From positions 9,312-73,311 of the forward strand of contig CAYTVL010000006.1 in NCBI GenBank assembly GCA_964441775.1: a stretch of 64,000 nt of DNA, written 5' to 3'. The translations under genes were made by a program, and so were the position numbers. The notes below the pieces were generated by a model. The model was not told the DNA's origin, made no database searches, and was given only the letters and a program-made list of their open reading frames with translations. The stretch comes from an uncultured Enterobacteriaceae bacterium. GTDB lineage: Bacteria; Desulfobacterota; Binatia; Bin18. Position 1 is the stretch's first letter. Every line of letters begins with the position of its first letter. Below, piece by piece: positions 49,106 to 58,854 of this stretch.

Positions 49106-51280
49106 ATGCAACGTGCAATCGAACGAGCCGTTGAATATGCCATGAAATACCTGAAGGTCTGGCAGAAGCTCGGCTTTCTGGGCGTCGTGTTCCTCATCCC
49201 TTTGACCATCTTCATGTTCAAGACCATTGCCGCCATGCGCCTGACCGGCGTGGATTTGGCGAGACAAGAGGCGCTGGGCGTGGACTATCTCGTGTCTTTA
49301 CAAAGTTTGCTGGAAAATGTGCAGCAACATCGAGAATTAGAAGCGGCGCTGCTCAGCGGTGATGCGAACGTTGGCGAGCAGGTCACGGCGAAACAAGCTG
49401 TGATTCAGGACGAGCTGAAAAAAGTCGATGCGGTAGACGAGAAAACAGGGGAAGCACTCCTGGCGACCAATCATTGGACGGCGTTGAGAAAACGGGTCGC
49501 GCGGCTTCTGGAGAGTAATCCAAAAGAAAAAGTGCAGGAAAACTTCGAACAGCACACCGCCGTCATCAAAGACTTGCTCGCTTTCATGGTGGTTATAGAA
49601 GACACCTCTAAATTAGCGTTGGACCCTCACCTTGCCAGCGCCAGTCTGGTCGATTTGTTCGCGCGGAAACTCCCGCAACTGAATGAAACACTGAGTCAAG
49701 CGCGAGGGATAGGAATGGGCGTCGCCGTCCGCAAAAACAAAACGGAGGAAGAACGAGTAAAGCTGAGCAAACTCGGCGCGTTGATCGAAGTGCGCCTGCA
49801 AGAAGCCCAGCAGGGGTTGGAAAAGGTTTTCGCCTATGACAATCGCCTGCGCAGCAAATTGGGGACGACCGGGGCGGAGTTGTTGAATGACGAGAACAGC
49901 ACCATCGATCTGTTCAGTCGTCAACTCCTCACTGCGTCGGCAATCCCGGCGGCGGCTTCCGAGGCCGTGATTGCCGCAAGCGCAAATCCGCTGGTCGCAA
50001 GTTTTGCGTTGACCCGACAAACCGGGGCCGCACTCGCCGATGCGCTGCATACACGCGAGAAGACTCTCTCCTGGGAAATGTACACCATGCTCAGTTGGAT
50101 TTTCGTGGGCGTGATTGTGGTGACGCTCATCGGCGTGGTCGTGGTCCGCGACATCACCGATCCGCTGCGGCGCGTGGTGCGAGTCGCCGAGCAAATCGCC
50201 CAAGGCGACCTTTCGGTTTCCGTGTCGACAGATGACCGGTCGGACGAATTCGGCGCGCTCCTCGCCTCTTTCCAACGCATGACCAAATCGCTGCAAGACA
50301 TGGCGCTCGCGGCTGAGCGCATCGCTCGGGGCGATCTGAGCGTTAGCATCGAGCCGCAGTCGCCGAAAGATATGATGGGCAACGTCCTTTCGAGACTCGT
50401 CCACAGTTTGCGAGAGATGACCGAGCAGATTCAAACAGGGACCGATCTCTTGAGCTCTACAACGAACGAAATCCTTGCCGCCACCACGCAAGTGGCTGCT
50501 GGCGCCACGCAAACCGCTTCCGCCGTGACCGAAACGGCGGCCACTGTGGAGCAAGTGAAACAAACCTCTTTCATCGCCAGCCAAAAAGCGAAAAGCGTGG
50601 CCGAAAGCGCGCAAGTCACCGCGCAAGTCTCGCGCGCGGGAGAACAATCAGTGAGTTACGCTATCAGTCGCATGGAGCGGATTCGCGAGCAAATGGAATC
50701 CATTGCTGATAGCGTAATCAAACTTGGAGAGCAAAGTCGCGCGATTGGCGAGATCATTACTTCGGTGAATGACTTGGCGGACCAATCGAATTTGCTTTCT
50801 GTTAATGCGGCCATTGAAGCTGCGAATGCGGGTGAGCATGGCAAAGGCTTCACGGTCGTCGCACAAGAAGTGAAGAGCCTGGCCGAACAATCAAAGCAGG
50901 CCACTGCACAAGTGCGCACGATTCTCAGAGATATTCAAAAGGCTACGAATGTCGCGGTGATGGTGACTGAACAAGGAACCAAAGCCGTGGAAGCTGGCGT
51001 TTCTCAGTCGCTTGAAGCTGGTGGTTCGATTCGCATGCTCGCCAAGAGCATGGCGGAAGCGGCGCAAGCAGTTGCGCAAATTGCCGCCTCCAGCCAGCAG
51101 CAAGTTGTCGGTATGGACCAGGTCGTGATTGCGATCGAAAGCATCAAAGAAGCGAGCAACCAGAACGTGACCAGCGTGAATCAGGTGGAGAAGAGCATGC
51201 ATCGCCTGCTCGATCTTGGTCAACAATTACAACAACTAGTCGGACGCTACAAATTGCACGGCGCCACGGCGCAAGCATAG
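49106..51280 (+). CDS. Methyl-accepting chemotaxis protein with tandem HAMP domains
   Basis: Two HAMP-like segments (DPLRRVVRVAEQIAQGDLSV and LQDMALAAERIARGDLSV) and the MCP signalling domain 'LADQSNLLSVNAAIEAANAG'. Start at ATG 49106, which has the better RBS. Confidence 0.85.
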   Translation: MQRAIERAVEYAMKYLKVWQKLGFLGVVFLIPLTIFMFKTIAAMRLTGVDLARQEALGVDYLVSLQSLLENVQQHRELEAALLSGDANVGEQVTAKQAVIQDELKKVDAVDEKTGEALLATNHWTALRKRVARLLESNPKEKVQENFEQHTAVIKDLLAFMVVIEDTSKLALDPHLASASLVDLFARKLPQLNETLSQARGIGMGVAVRKNKTEEERVKLSKLGALIEVRLQEAQQGLEKVFAYDNRLRSKLGTTGAELLNDENSTIDLFSRQLLTASAIPAAASEAVIAASANPLVASFALTRQTGAALADALHTREKTLSWEMYTMLSWIFVGVIVVTLIGVVVVRDITDPLRRVVRVAEQIAQGDLSVSVSTDDRSDEFGALLASFQRMTKSLQDMALAAERIARGDLSVSIEPQSPKDMMGNVLSRLVHSLREMTEQIQTGTDLLSSTTNEILAATTQVAAGATQTASAVTETAATVEQVKQTSFIASQKAKSVAESAQVTAQVSRAGEQSVSYAISRMERIREQMESIADSVIKLGEQSRAIGEIITSVNDLADQSNLLSVNAAIEAANAGEHGKGFTVVAQEVKSLAEQSKQATAQVRTILRDIQKATNVAVMVTEQGTKAVEAGVSQSLEAGGSIRMLAKSMAEAAQAVAQIAASSQQQVVGMDQVVIAIESIKEASNQNVTSVNQVEKSMHRLLDLGQQLQQLVGRYKLHGATAQA

Positions 51281-51298
51281 GCAAACAAGGATCTTGGC

Positions 51299-54200
51299 AT
51301 GGATACAAAAGACACTGCCTTGTTAGCGAAGTTACGGGGTCTGTTTGGAATGGAAGCGGAAGAGCGGCTGCAGGTCATCACCAGCAGTTTGCTGGCGCTG
51401 GAGCAACAGCCCTCCGCTCAGACCCACACCGAGCTGGTCGAGACGCTCTTTCGCGAAGTGCATACCCTCAAGGGCGCCGCGCGCGCGGTGAGCCTGAGCG
51501 ACATTGAAGCCATCAGTCAGGCCGTGGAGAACGTCTGCGCCGGGCTCAAACGCAAGACGGTGACGGCGGGACCGGAGTTATTTGACACCTTTCATCGGGC
51601 AATGGATCTGGTGCGGCAGTTGAGTGCGGCGCCCGAGGGGGTCACGGCGCAGCAGATTGCGGACGTACTCGCGGCCATTACGCACGCCGAAGAACACGCC
51701 CAAGGACCGCAAGCCTGGCAGGCTCAACAAACTCAGTCTGCCCCGCCCACGCTGACCTTTCAACAAGATGACGACGTTCCGTCCGCTTCTCAACTCATGA
51801 CCCAGGGGACTCCGTCTACGATCACAGGCGAAGCACAAGACTCTTTGTTAGCGAAGTTACGGGGTCTGTTTGGAATGGAAGCGGAAGAGCGGCTGCAGGT
51901 CATCACCAGCAGTTTGCTGGCGCTGGAGCAACAGCCCTCCGCTCAGACCCACACCGAGCTGGTCGAGACGCTCTTTCGCGAAGTGCATACCCTCAAGGGC
52001 GCCGCGCGCGCGGTGAGCCTGAGCGACATTGAAGCCATCAGTCAGGCCGTGGAGAACGTCTGCGCCGGGCTCAAACGCAAGACGGTGACGGCGGGACCGG
52101 AGTTATTTGACACCTTTCATCGGGCAATGGATCTGGTGCGGCAGTTGAGTGCGGCGCCCGAGGGGGTCACGGCGCAGCAGATTGCGGACGTACTCGCGGC
52201 CATTACGCACGCCGAAGAACACGCCCAGGCTCAGTCTGCTCTACCCACACCGGCCCTGACAAGCATCGAACAATTCACATCGGCCACACCGACCACACCG
52301 GAGCCTGCACAAACACAAATCGTAGAGGCGCTTCAGCCAGTCGAGATCCACGAGGACTCTGCCGCAAACGACGACGCACCCTCGCCAAAAGCAAAAAAGA
52401 AACGGCTGCCGCGCGCAGCCGCCGCTCCTCGCCAAACCGCGGCCCGGCAACCCCGAGCCGCGAAGAAAAAGGCTACGATTGAACCGTCCGTTGCCCTGAA
52501 CGAAAGTGAAGCAGCAGCTTCAGGAAATACGGAGGACAACGTACAACTTGTTGACATAAATCCGCACGAGACGCTCGCCGCCAGTGAACCGGTGGAAGTC
52601 GCAGCGCCCGAGCCGACTCCAGTACAACCACCAGCGGCAATGCCGCAGCTCGAACGCCTGACGCCTCCGCTTGCGACCGCGCGCAAGCTGGAACCGCTCG
52701 TCGATTTCAGAGAAAAAGTAGACAAGAACAAGAAAAAGAAAAGCGGCGCCACGTCTACGGAGACGGTCCGCATCGAGGCGTCCAAGCTGGACGCGCTGTT
52801 TCTCCAAGCCGAGGAAATGCTGACCGTCAAACTCAAAACCAACGAACATGCCTCGGAGCTGCGCGAACTGGGGACCATGTTGGAAGCGTGGAAGCGAGAA
52901 TGGGCGAAAGTCCACATGCACCTCCGCAAAGCGCAAGGGTTGGTGGAAAAAGAAGAGAACCGCACCTCTCCTGATCCGATCTACGCGCAAACCGCCAAAC
53001 TTGTTGAATTTTTGAACTGGACGCAGGACCATTTTCGCATCGTGGACCGTACGCTGACGCGGATGGTGAAAGGCCTGGCGAAGGATCAACAGTCCTTAGG
53101 GAGCATGGTCGATATCCTTTTAGAAGACGCCAAAAAAATTCTTCTGATGCCGTTTGCGTCCGCACTCGAAGTGCTGCCTAGAATGGTGCGGGATCTTTCG
53201 CGCACCCAGGGTAAAGAGGTGGAGTTCATGCTCCAGGGAGAAGAGGTCGAAATAGACAAACGGATCCTGGAAGCCATCAAAGATCCGTTGATTCATCTGC
53301 TGCGCAATTGCATCGATCACGGGATCGAGCTGCCAGCGGAACGAGCGCAGTGGAGCAAAGCGCCACGCGGTTCCCTGTCGGTCGCCATCGCGCCAAGCGA
53401 TGGCAACACAGTGGAAATCATTGTGTCAGACGACGGCGCTGGTATTGATGTGGAGAAAGTCAAAAAAGCGGCGGTGGCCTGCGATGCCCTTTCACAAGAA
53501 GCGGCGGCGTTGCTCTCGGATCAGGAAGCGATTGCCTTGATCTTTCAGTCCGAAGTCTCTACCAGTGACGCCGTGAGTGATATTTCGGGGCGCGGGCTGG
53601 GCATGGCCATCGTTCGGGAAAAAGTCGAAAAACTTGGTGGTTCCATCGCCGTGGAAACTCAGCTCCATCAGGGCACGACCTTCCGACTGCGCTTGCCGCT
53701 GACGTTGGCGACCTTTCGCGGCATTCTCGTACAGATCGCGGGACAAGCGTTCATCGCGCCCACGGCGAATGTTGAACGCATGGTGCGGGTCAAACGGGGC
53801 GTGGCGATACAGACCAGTGGAGGGAAAGAAACCCTCTCCCTTGCCGGCTACACGCTGCCTTTCACACAGCTTGACCGAGTGCTGGGCCTCGCCTCGCCAA
53901 TGCCCACGGTTGCAAAAGAGCGATTTCAACTCGCGTTGGTCGTGGGGCAAGATGAGCGGCAAGTCGCTTTTGGCGTAGATGCTGTCATGGACGAACAAGA
54001 AGTACTGTTCAAAAGTCTCGGTCAACAACTCGTGCGGGTGCGGAATATCGCGGGTGCCACGGTTTTGGGCTCGGGGCAAATCGTCCCAATCCTCAATATC
54101 AACGATCTGTTGGCCGCCGTGAACACCGCAACGTTCTCGTCTACAAAAGTCATACACCAAACGCCCAAAGCGGACCTCCAGAAGAAAAAGATTTTGGTGG

Positions 54201-54544
54201 CGGAAGACTCGATCACCTCACGAATGTTGCTCAAAGAGATTCTCGAATCCGCAGGCTATGTGGTGTCAACGGCGATTGACGGAGAAGACGCGTTTACGAC
54301 CTTGCAGAAGAACTCGTTCGACCTCGTGGTGTCCGATGTGGAAATGCCGCGCGTGGACGGGTTTTCTTTGACGGGGAAAATTCGTAGTGATGAACGTTAT
54401 ACCCAATTGCCGGTGGTCCTGGTGACTGGCTTGGAGTCGCAAGGAGATCGTGAGCGTGGCGTCGCGGTGGGCGCCAGCGCCTACGTGGTCAAGGGCAGTT
54501 TTGACCAAAGCAACTTATTGGAGACGATTCGTCGCTTAATCTAA
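51299..54544 (+). CDS. cheA: CheA-type histidine kinase with duplicated N-terminal Hpt (P1) domains and a C-terminal receiver (CheA-CheY hybrid)
   Basis: Two identical Hpt segments ('HTLKGAARAV'), a dimerisation domain and an HATPase (DHGIE...DDGAGID...GRGLGMAIV). A CheW-like P5 domain precedes the REC ('ILVAEDS', 'DLVVSDVEMP'). Confidence 0.9.
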   Translation: MDTKDTALLAKLRGLFGMEAEERLQVITSSLLALEQQPSAQTHTELVETLFREVHTLKGAARAVSLSDIEAISQAVENVCAGLKRKTVTAGPELFDTFHRAMDLVRQLSAAPEGVTAQQIADVLAAITHAEEHAQGPQAWQAQQTQSAPPTLTFQQDDDVPSASQLMTQGTPSTITGEAQDSLLAKLRGLFGMEAEERLQVITSSLLALEQQPSAQTHTELVETLFREVHTLKGAARAVSLSDIEAISQAVENVCAGLKRKTVTAGPELFDTFHRAMDLVRQLSAAPEGVTAQQIADVLAAITHAEEHAQAQSALPTPALTSIEQFTSATPTTPEPAQTQIVEALQPVEIHEDSAANDDAPSPKAKKKRLPRAAAAPRQTAARQPRAAKKKATIEPSVALNESEAAASGNTEDNVQLVDINPHETLAASEPVEVAAPEPTPVQPPAAMPQLERLTPPLATARKLEPLVDFREKVDKNKKKKSGATSTETVRIEASKLDALFLQAEEMLTVKLKTNEHASELRELGTMLEAWKREWAKVHMHLRKAQGLVEKEENRTSPDPIYAQTAKLVEFLNWTQDHFRIVDRTLTRMVKGLAKDQQSLGSMVDILLEDAKKILLMPFASALEVLPRMVRDLSRTQGKEVEFMLQGEEVEIDKRILEAIKDPLIHLLRNCIDHGIELPAERAQWSKAPRGSLSVAIAPSDGNTVEIIVSDDGAGIDVEKVKKAAVACDALSQEAAALLSDQEAIALIFQSEVSTSDAVSDISGRGLGMAIVREKVEKLGGSIAVETQLHQGTTFRLRLPLTLATFRGILVQIAGQAFIAPTANVERMVRVKRGVAIQTSGGKETLSLAGYTLPFTQLDRVLGLASPMPTVAKERFQLALVVGQDERQVAFGVDAVMDEQEVLFKSLGQQLVRVRNIAGATVLGSGQIVPILNINDLLAAVNTATFSSTKVIHQTPKADLQKKKILVAEDSITSRMLLKEILESAGYVVSTAIDGEDAFTTLQKNSFDLVVSDVEMPRVDGFSLTGKIRSDERYTQLPVVLVTGLESQGDRERGVAVGASAYVVKGSFDQSNLLETIRRLI
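51320..52227 (+). repeat. Perfect in-frame tandem duplication inside cheA (383-bp identical copies at 51320-51702 and 51845-52227, period 525 bp)
   Basis: Identical nucleotide strings at both ends and in the middle of the copies. The encoded 127 aa are identical. Confidence 0.85.
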
Positions 54545-54566
54545 GAAGGGGCTCACGGGTTGTCAT

Positions 54567-55658
54567 ATGTCTGTGGTTCGCGTGCTCATCGTTGAAGACT
54601 CGCTGGTGGAACGCACCTTGATGGTGAGTCTTCTCAGCGCTGACCCCGAAATCGAAGTCGTGGGGGCAGTGCCGAGCGGCGCAGCCGCGCTCTCGTTTCT
54701 CAAGCAGCAACGGCCCGATGTTATTACCATGGACATCACCATGCCGGACTTGAATGGGTACGAAACGACGCGGCGCATTATGGAAACGACGCCAGTGCCG
54801 ATTATTATCGTTGGCGAAAGATGGAGTGTTGAGGAAGGGGACGCTTCCCCCGTGTTCGATACCGGAGCCGTCGCCGAGCTACAGAAACCTTCCGGCGTAG
54901 GCAGCCTCGACTATGAAGAAGAGGCAAAACGGTTTGTTCAGACGGTGAAAGCGATGGCGGAGGTCAAGGTAGTAAGGCGCTGGGCGCGTCATCGCCATCG
55001 ACGGAACGAAGGGGACTCAAAACCAGAAGCTCTTGCCTTGGACGTTGCTCCTCCTCAAGAGCGAAAAGACCTGCATGTGGTGGCGGTTGGGTCTTCTACG
55101 GGCGGGCCAGCCGTATTGCAAACTGTTTTAGCACATTTACGCAAGGATTTTGCTTTGCCAGTCGTTATTGCTCAACATATTGCTCCAGGATTTCTCGACG
55201 GTCTCACGAAATGGTTGGGACAGACCACGGGGCACAAGGTGCAGATTGCCATGCAACGAGAACGACTGGCGCCGGGGCACATCTATCTGGCCCCAGATGG
55301 GTTACAGATGGGAGTCGAGCCGCCAGGCGTCATTGTCCTTCGAAAAGACGCCCTCGAACATGGCATGCGGCCCGCGGTGTCCTACCTGTTCCGGTCCGTG
55401 ATGAGTGCGTTCGGCAAAAACGCCGTAGGGGTGTTGCTCACGGGCATGGGACGAGACGGCGCGGAGGAGCTCAAGCAAATGCGGGAGACGGGGTCTCTCA
55501 CGATTGCCCAAGACCAAGCCACCTCCATTGTCTTTGGCATGCCAGGAGAAGCGGTCAAGCTGGGCGCGGCCATGTATGTGCTGCCGCCGGAAAAAATTGC
55601 AGCGCTTTTGAACGATATGATGGACTGTTCCACCACCGCCGGTCTCAGCGCTTCTTGA
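54567..55658 (+). CDS. cheB: Chemotaxis response regulator protein-glutamate methylesterase CheB
   Basis: REC domain ('VLIVEDS', 'DVITMDITMP') and a methylesterase domain ('GSSTGGP' and 'GMGRDGA'). Confidence 0.9.
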   Translation: MSVVRVLIVEDSLVERTLMVSLLSADPEIEVVGAVPSGAAALSFLKQQRPDVITMDITMPDLNGYETTRRIMETTPVPIIIVGERWSVEEGDASPVFDTGAVAELQKPSGVGSLDYEEEAKRFVQTVKAMAEVKVVRRWARHRHRRNEGDSKPEALALDVAPPQERKDLHVVAVGSSTGGPAVLQTVLAHLRKDFALPVVIAQHIAPGFLDGLTKWLGQTTGHKVQIAMQRERLAPGHIYLAPDGLQMGVEPPGVIVLRKDALEHGMRPAVSYLFRSVMSAFGKNAVGVLLTGMGRDGAEELKQMRETGSLTIAQDQATSIVFGMPGEAVKLGAAMYVLPPEKIAALLNDMMDCSTTAGLSAS

Positions 55659-55664
55659 GGCGAG

Positions 55665-56819
55665 GTGCGGAACAGGAATGAGCGTATGAGTGCAAAAAAG
55701 ACCATCCTCATTGTAGAAGGAAGCCGGACGCAAGCCGAGCGGTTGAGGCTTGTGTTGGAGGCATACGACTATGCCGTGAGCATGGCGACGGCCAGCAGTG
55801 AAGCGCTCGTCGCCGCACGCGCGCAACAACCTGCGCTCATCATCAGCGGCGTCGCCCTGGCAGGAACAGACGGCTTAGATGGGTATGAGATGTGTGCGGC
55901 GCTCAAGCGGGACAAGGAATTGCAGCAGATTCCAGTTGTTTTATTAACTGCGCTGTCGGATGTGGAAGACCTGCTGCGCTGTCTAAAATCGCGTGTCGAC
56001 TATTGCATCGCGAAGCCCTATCAAGAAGAAGAATTACTCGCCAGGATTTCCGCGATCCTCACCGGTCTGGTGCGCACCATTGGGCAAACGGAACGAGAAA
56101 ACCTTGAAGTGCTCCTGCGCGGAGAACGCGAAGTCATCGCCGCCGATCACCAGCAACTTGCACGCTTGCTCTTGTCAACTCACGAAAACTACAGCGTCTT
56201 GTTACGCCAGAATCGTGCGTTGTCCGCCACGCAACTTCAACTCAAAACGCAGAACCAGCATCTTCAAACAGAATGTGAGCGCCTGCAAACCGCGCTACGA
56301 CAAGCGCAAGAAGGAGAGACGACGCTTTCGACATCGCATGCAGTCGCAGTGGGAGCAAAAGATGGGGTCCACGGAGACGAAGAGAATCTCGTCTTGCTCG
56401 CGGATGACACTGCCGTCGGTCAAGTGTTGTTAAGAAGATTTCTCGAAAAATTAGGCTACCAAGTTGACATAATGCACGATGGTCTTGACGTCGTCAAGGC
56501 ATATAAAAAACGACGGTACGCGGCTGTGGTGATGGATGTTCAGTTGCCGACGCTGGACGGTTGTGAAGCCACGCGGCAGATTCGTCAACATGAATACTCC
56601 TGCGGACGACAGGTTCCCGTCATCGTGGTCGCGGCGTATGCGCAACCTCATGATGAGGAGCGCTGTTTGGCGGCAGGCGCCAACGAGTATTTGCTGAAGC
56701 CGGTAACGTTGGAAGCGTTGAAACGCATACTGACGTCACGGAGGTTACCCCTTTCATCATCAAATGGAAAAGACGCAGCGGGCGCACGCGGGTCCGCCAC
56801 TCGGACGGAGAGCTTGTGA
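55665..56819 (+). CDS. Tandem receiver protein: degenerate (non-phosphorylatable?) REC - coiled coil - canonical REC
   Basis: REC1 has 'ILIVEGS' and 'LIISGVALAGTDG', lacking the acidic pair and the phospho-Asp. REC2 has 'LLADDT', 'VVMDVQLPTLDG' and 'LLKP'. Confidence 0.75.
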   Translation: MRNRNERMSAKKTILIVEGSRTQAERLRLVLEAYDYAVSMATASSEALVAARAQQPALIISGVALAGTDGLDGYEMCAALKRDKELQQIPVVLLTALSDVEDLLRCLKSRVDYCIAKPYQEEELLARISAILTGLVRTIGQTERENLEVLLRGEREVIAADHQQLARLLLSTHENYSVLLRQNRALSATQLQLKTQNQHLQTECERLQTALRQAQEGETTLSTSHAVAVGAKDGVHGDEENLVLLADDTAVGQVLLRRFLEKLGYQVDIMHDGLDVVKAYKKRRYAAVVMDVQLPTLDGCEATRQIRQHEYSCGRQVPVIVVAAYAQPHDEERCLAAGANEYLLKPVTLEALKRILTSRRLPLSSSNGKDAAGARGSATRTESL

Positions 56820-58768
56820 GGAAAACCGTCGCTGCAGAAAATCTATCGCCCCTCTCCATGGCGCTACCGTCGCGAGAAAAAGGAAAAGAGCTATACGCGA
56901 TTGACTCGATACTGGCTCCGCCTCCTCGGGATCCCTACGAAATGGAGCGGGCCGAACTCGACGCGTATTTACAGAGCACCGAGTATTTCCCTACGAAGAC
57001 CAGTCTCCTCGAATTCGCTCGCCGTTATAATGTCCCGGTGAATGCGCGAACCCAACGCGAAGAGATCGTTCGTCTCTGCCTGCGCATGATTCACGATATT
57101 CCCGCGAGTTTCGCCGGCCTCCGTGCGGCGGAACGGCCTCCGGCTTCCCCGTCAACCGGCGGAGGCCCTGCCCGGCAAGCTTTAACGGACTTCTTCGTCG
57201 GGTCAAAGGTGGAAAGTCGAACCGACGAGAGGGGCAGCAAAAAACTGTCAACTGACCTCTTGGATACTATTTTGCGTTGCCACGAAGTCGGGTTATTACT
57301 CGCCCAAGCGCGTGGCGCCGATATCGAAATGTTCCGGCAGATCTTAGAGACGTGCGAGAGCCCCATCCAAACGCACGTGCGCTTCCTGAGTAATCTTGTC
57401 GATTTTGCGCGGCTGGAAGCCGAGCAATATGAATTCGCTCGTACGCCGTTTCGTCTGCGTGACTGTATCGGTGAAGCGCTGAAGCGACTAGCCTTTTCCG
57501 CTCATGCGAAGCAGCTAGAACTGTGCTACGATGTAAAATCTGACGTCCCCGAGCGCGTGGTGGGCGACCCAACGCGACTCCAAGAGGTCATTCTCCACCT
57601 TGTTGACAATGCCCTCAAATTCACTGAACAAGGCGAAGTGGTGCTTGAGGTCAAAAAAGCGGAACAATCCAGTCAATCGCCTGTGACCGCCCCAACCAAC
57701 TTCCAGGTTCAGGACTCGGACTCTTTTCTCTTGCACTTTTCCGTGCGCGACACTGGCGTAGGTATGCCGCTAGAACAACTCCAGTCCATAACCCAATTGT
57801 TCTTTTCGCAGGGTATGGACGCTCCGCCTCGGTTACGAGGCCTGGGGCTCACCATCGCGCACTGCTTGGTGAAGTCGATGGGGGGCGCGCTGGCGATGAG
57901 CAGTGAAGCGGCCAATGGGTCCATCTGCTCCTTTTCCGTGCGGCTCCACAATGAGAGAGCGCGTGGCAGTGGCGGGGCCATACACACGAGCGCCCTGGGT
58001 GATCGGCAAATTCTCGTGGTCGACGATAACGCCGCCTACCGACGTATTCTGCACGATTTGTTACTTTCTTGGGGCGCGCGCCCACATCTCGCCGCCAGTG
58101 GACGAGAAGCCTTGGCGATGTTGTATAAACAGCCAGAGGCTGAGCCTTTTGCCGCTATCGTGCTCGATGGTCATCTTGCGGATATGGAAGGATTTGCCTC
58201 AATAAGACGGCAACATCTCGCCGAGAACTCGCTCCTGGCTAGCCCCATGCTCATGATGTTGGCGTCAACCGACCCGAGAAAAGAGATCGAGCGTCGCCGC
58301 GAGTTGCAGGTCGCGGCGTTTCTGCACAAACCGATCTCTCCCGCTGAACTGCTCCACGCGCTGTTGGAAGCCTCGGTGTCTGGAACGGTGTTGCCGGAAG
58401 AGGAAGTGTTGGATCGTACTGCGTTGTGGGCGCTCGTCGCCGGAGATACGACGCTGCTACAGGAATTAATTGGCGTGTTCGAGCAGGATTGTGGACGCTT
58501 CTTCTTTGCCTTGCAGCACGCCGTGCTCATCGAGAACTATCGTGACGTTATGACCGCCGTTCATGCGCTCCAAGGGACGGCTAGTCACTTTGCCGCACGC
58601 GGAGTGCTGCGCATTTCGGCGGTGATCGAAAGTTTTAGTTGTCAGGGCGATTTTGCCCGCGTCCAAGAAGCCATGACCCAACTCGCCGCCGAACTCTCGC
58701 GGCTCAAAAGAGCGTTAGACGATTTGCAACGAGAATTGTCTAGTTCGTCAACTTCGAAAGACTTTTAA
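56816..58768 (+). CDS. Hybrid sensor kinase: novel N-terminal ~70-aa domain - HisKA - HATPase_c - REC - Hpt
   Basis: 'LSNLVDFARLEAEQYEF' HisKA X-region. HATPase 'DTGVGMP' and 'GLGLTIAHCLV'. REC 'ILVVDDN' and 'AIVLDGHL'. C-terminal Hpt-like helices. The N-terminal domain is paralogous to ORF 60245-60691. Confidence 0.8.
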   Translation: MRKTVAAENLSPLSMALPSREKGKELYAIDSILAPPPRDPYEMERAELDAYLQSTEYFPTKTSLLEFARRYNVPVNARTQREEIVRLCLRMIHDIPASFAGLRAAERPPASPSTGGGPARQALTDFFVGSKVESRTDERGSKKLSTDLLDTILRCHEVGLLLAQARGADIEMFRQILETCESPIQTHVRFLSNLVDFARLEAEQYEFARTPFRLRDCIGEALKRLAFSAHAKQLELCYDVKSDVPERVVGDPTRLQEVILHLVDNALKFTEQGEVVLEVKKAEQSSQSPVTAPTNFQVQDSDSFLLHFSVRDTGVGMPLEQLQSITQLFFSQGMDAPPRLRGLGLTIAHCLVKSMGGALAMSSEAANGSICSFSVRLHNERARGSGGAIHTSALGDRQILVVDDNAAYRRILHDLLLSWGARPHLAASGREALAMLYKQPEAEPFAAIVLDGHLADMEGFASIRRQHLAENSLLASPMLMMLASTDPRKEIERRRELQVAAFLHKPISPAELLHALLEASVSGTVLPEEEVLDRTALWALVAGDTTLLQELIGVFEQDCGRFFFALQHAVLIENYRDVMTAVHALQGTASHFAARGVLRISAVIESFSCQGDFARVQEAMTQLAAELSRLKRALDDLQRELSSSSTSKDF

Positions 58769-58854
58769 GTTTCACCACTTCTCCCCGATGGGTATCAATG
58801 CGGTGTCCCTCTAGCGACTCAGATCGCACGGGATACGGCATAGGAGGTTTACGT

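Noticed and set aside
56816-58768. Apparent loss of the phospho-accepting His in the hybrid kinase ('...SNLVDFARLE...' read as an H-box with Asp)
   Set aside because: On realignment that segment matches the HisKA X-region (LINDILDFSKIEAG...). A degenerate H-box with a His ('TILRCHEVGLL') sits ~35 aa upstream at the expected distance. Loss of the His is therefore not supported.
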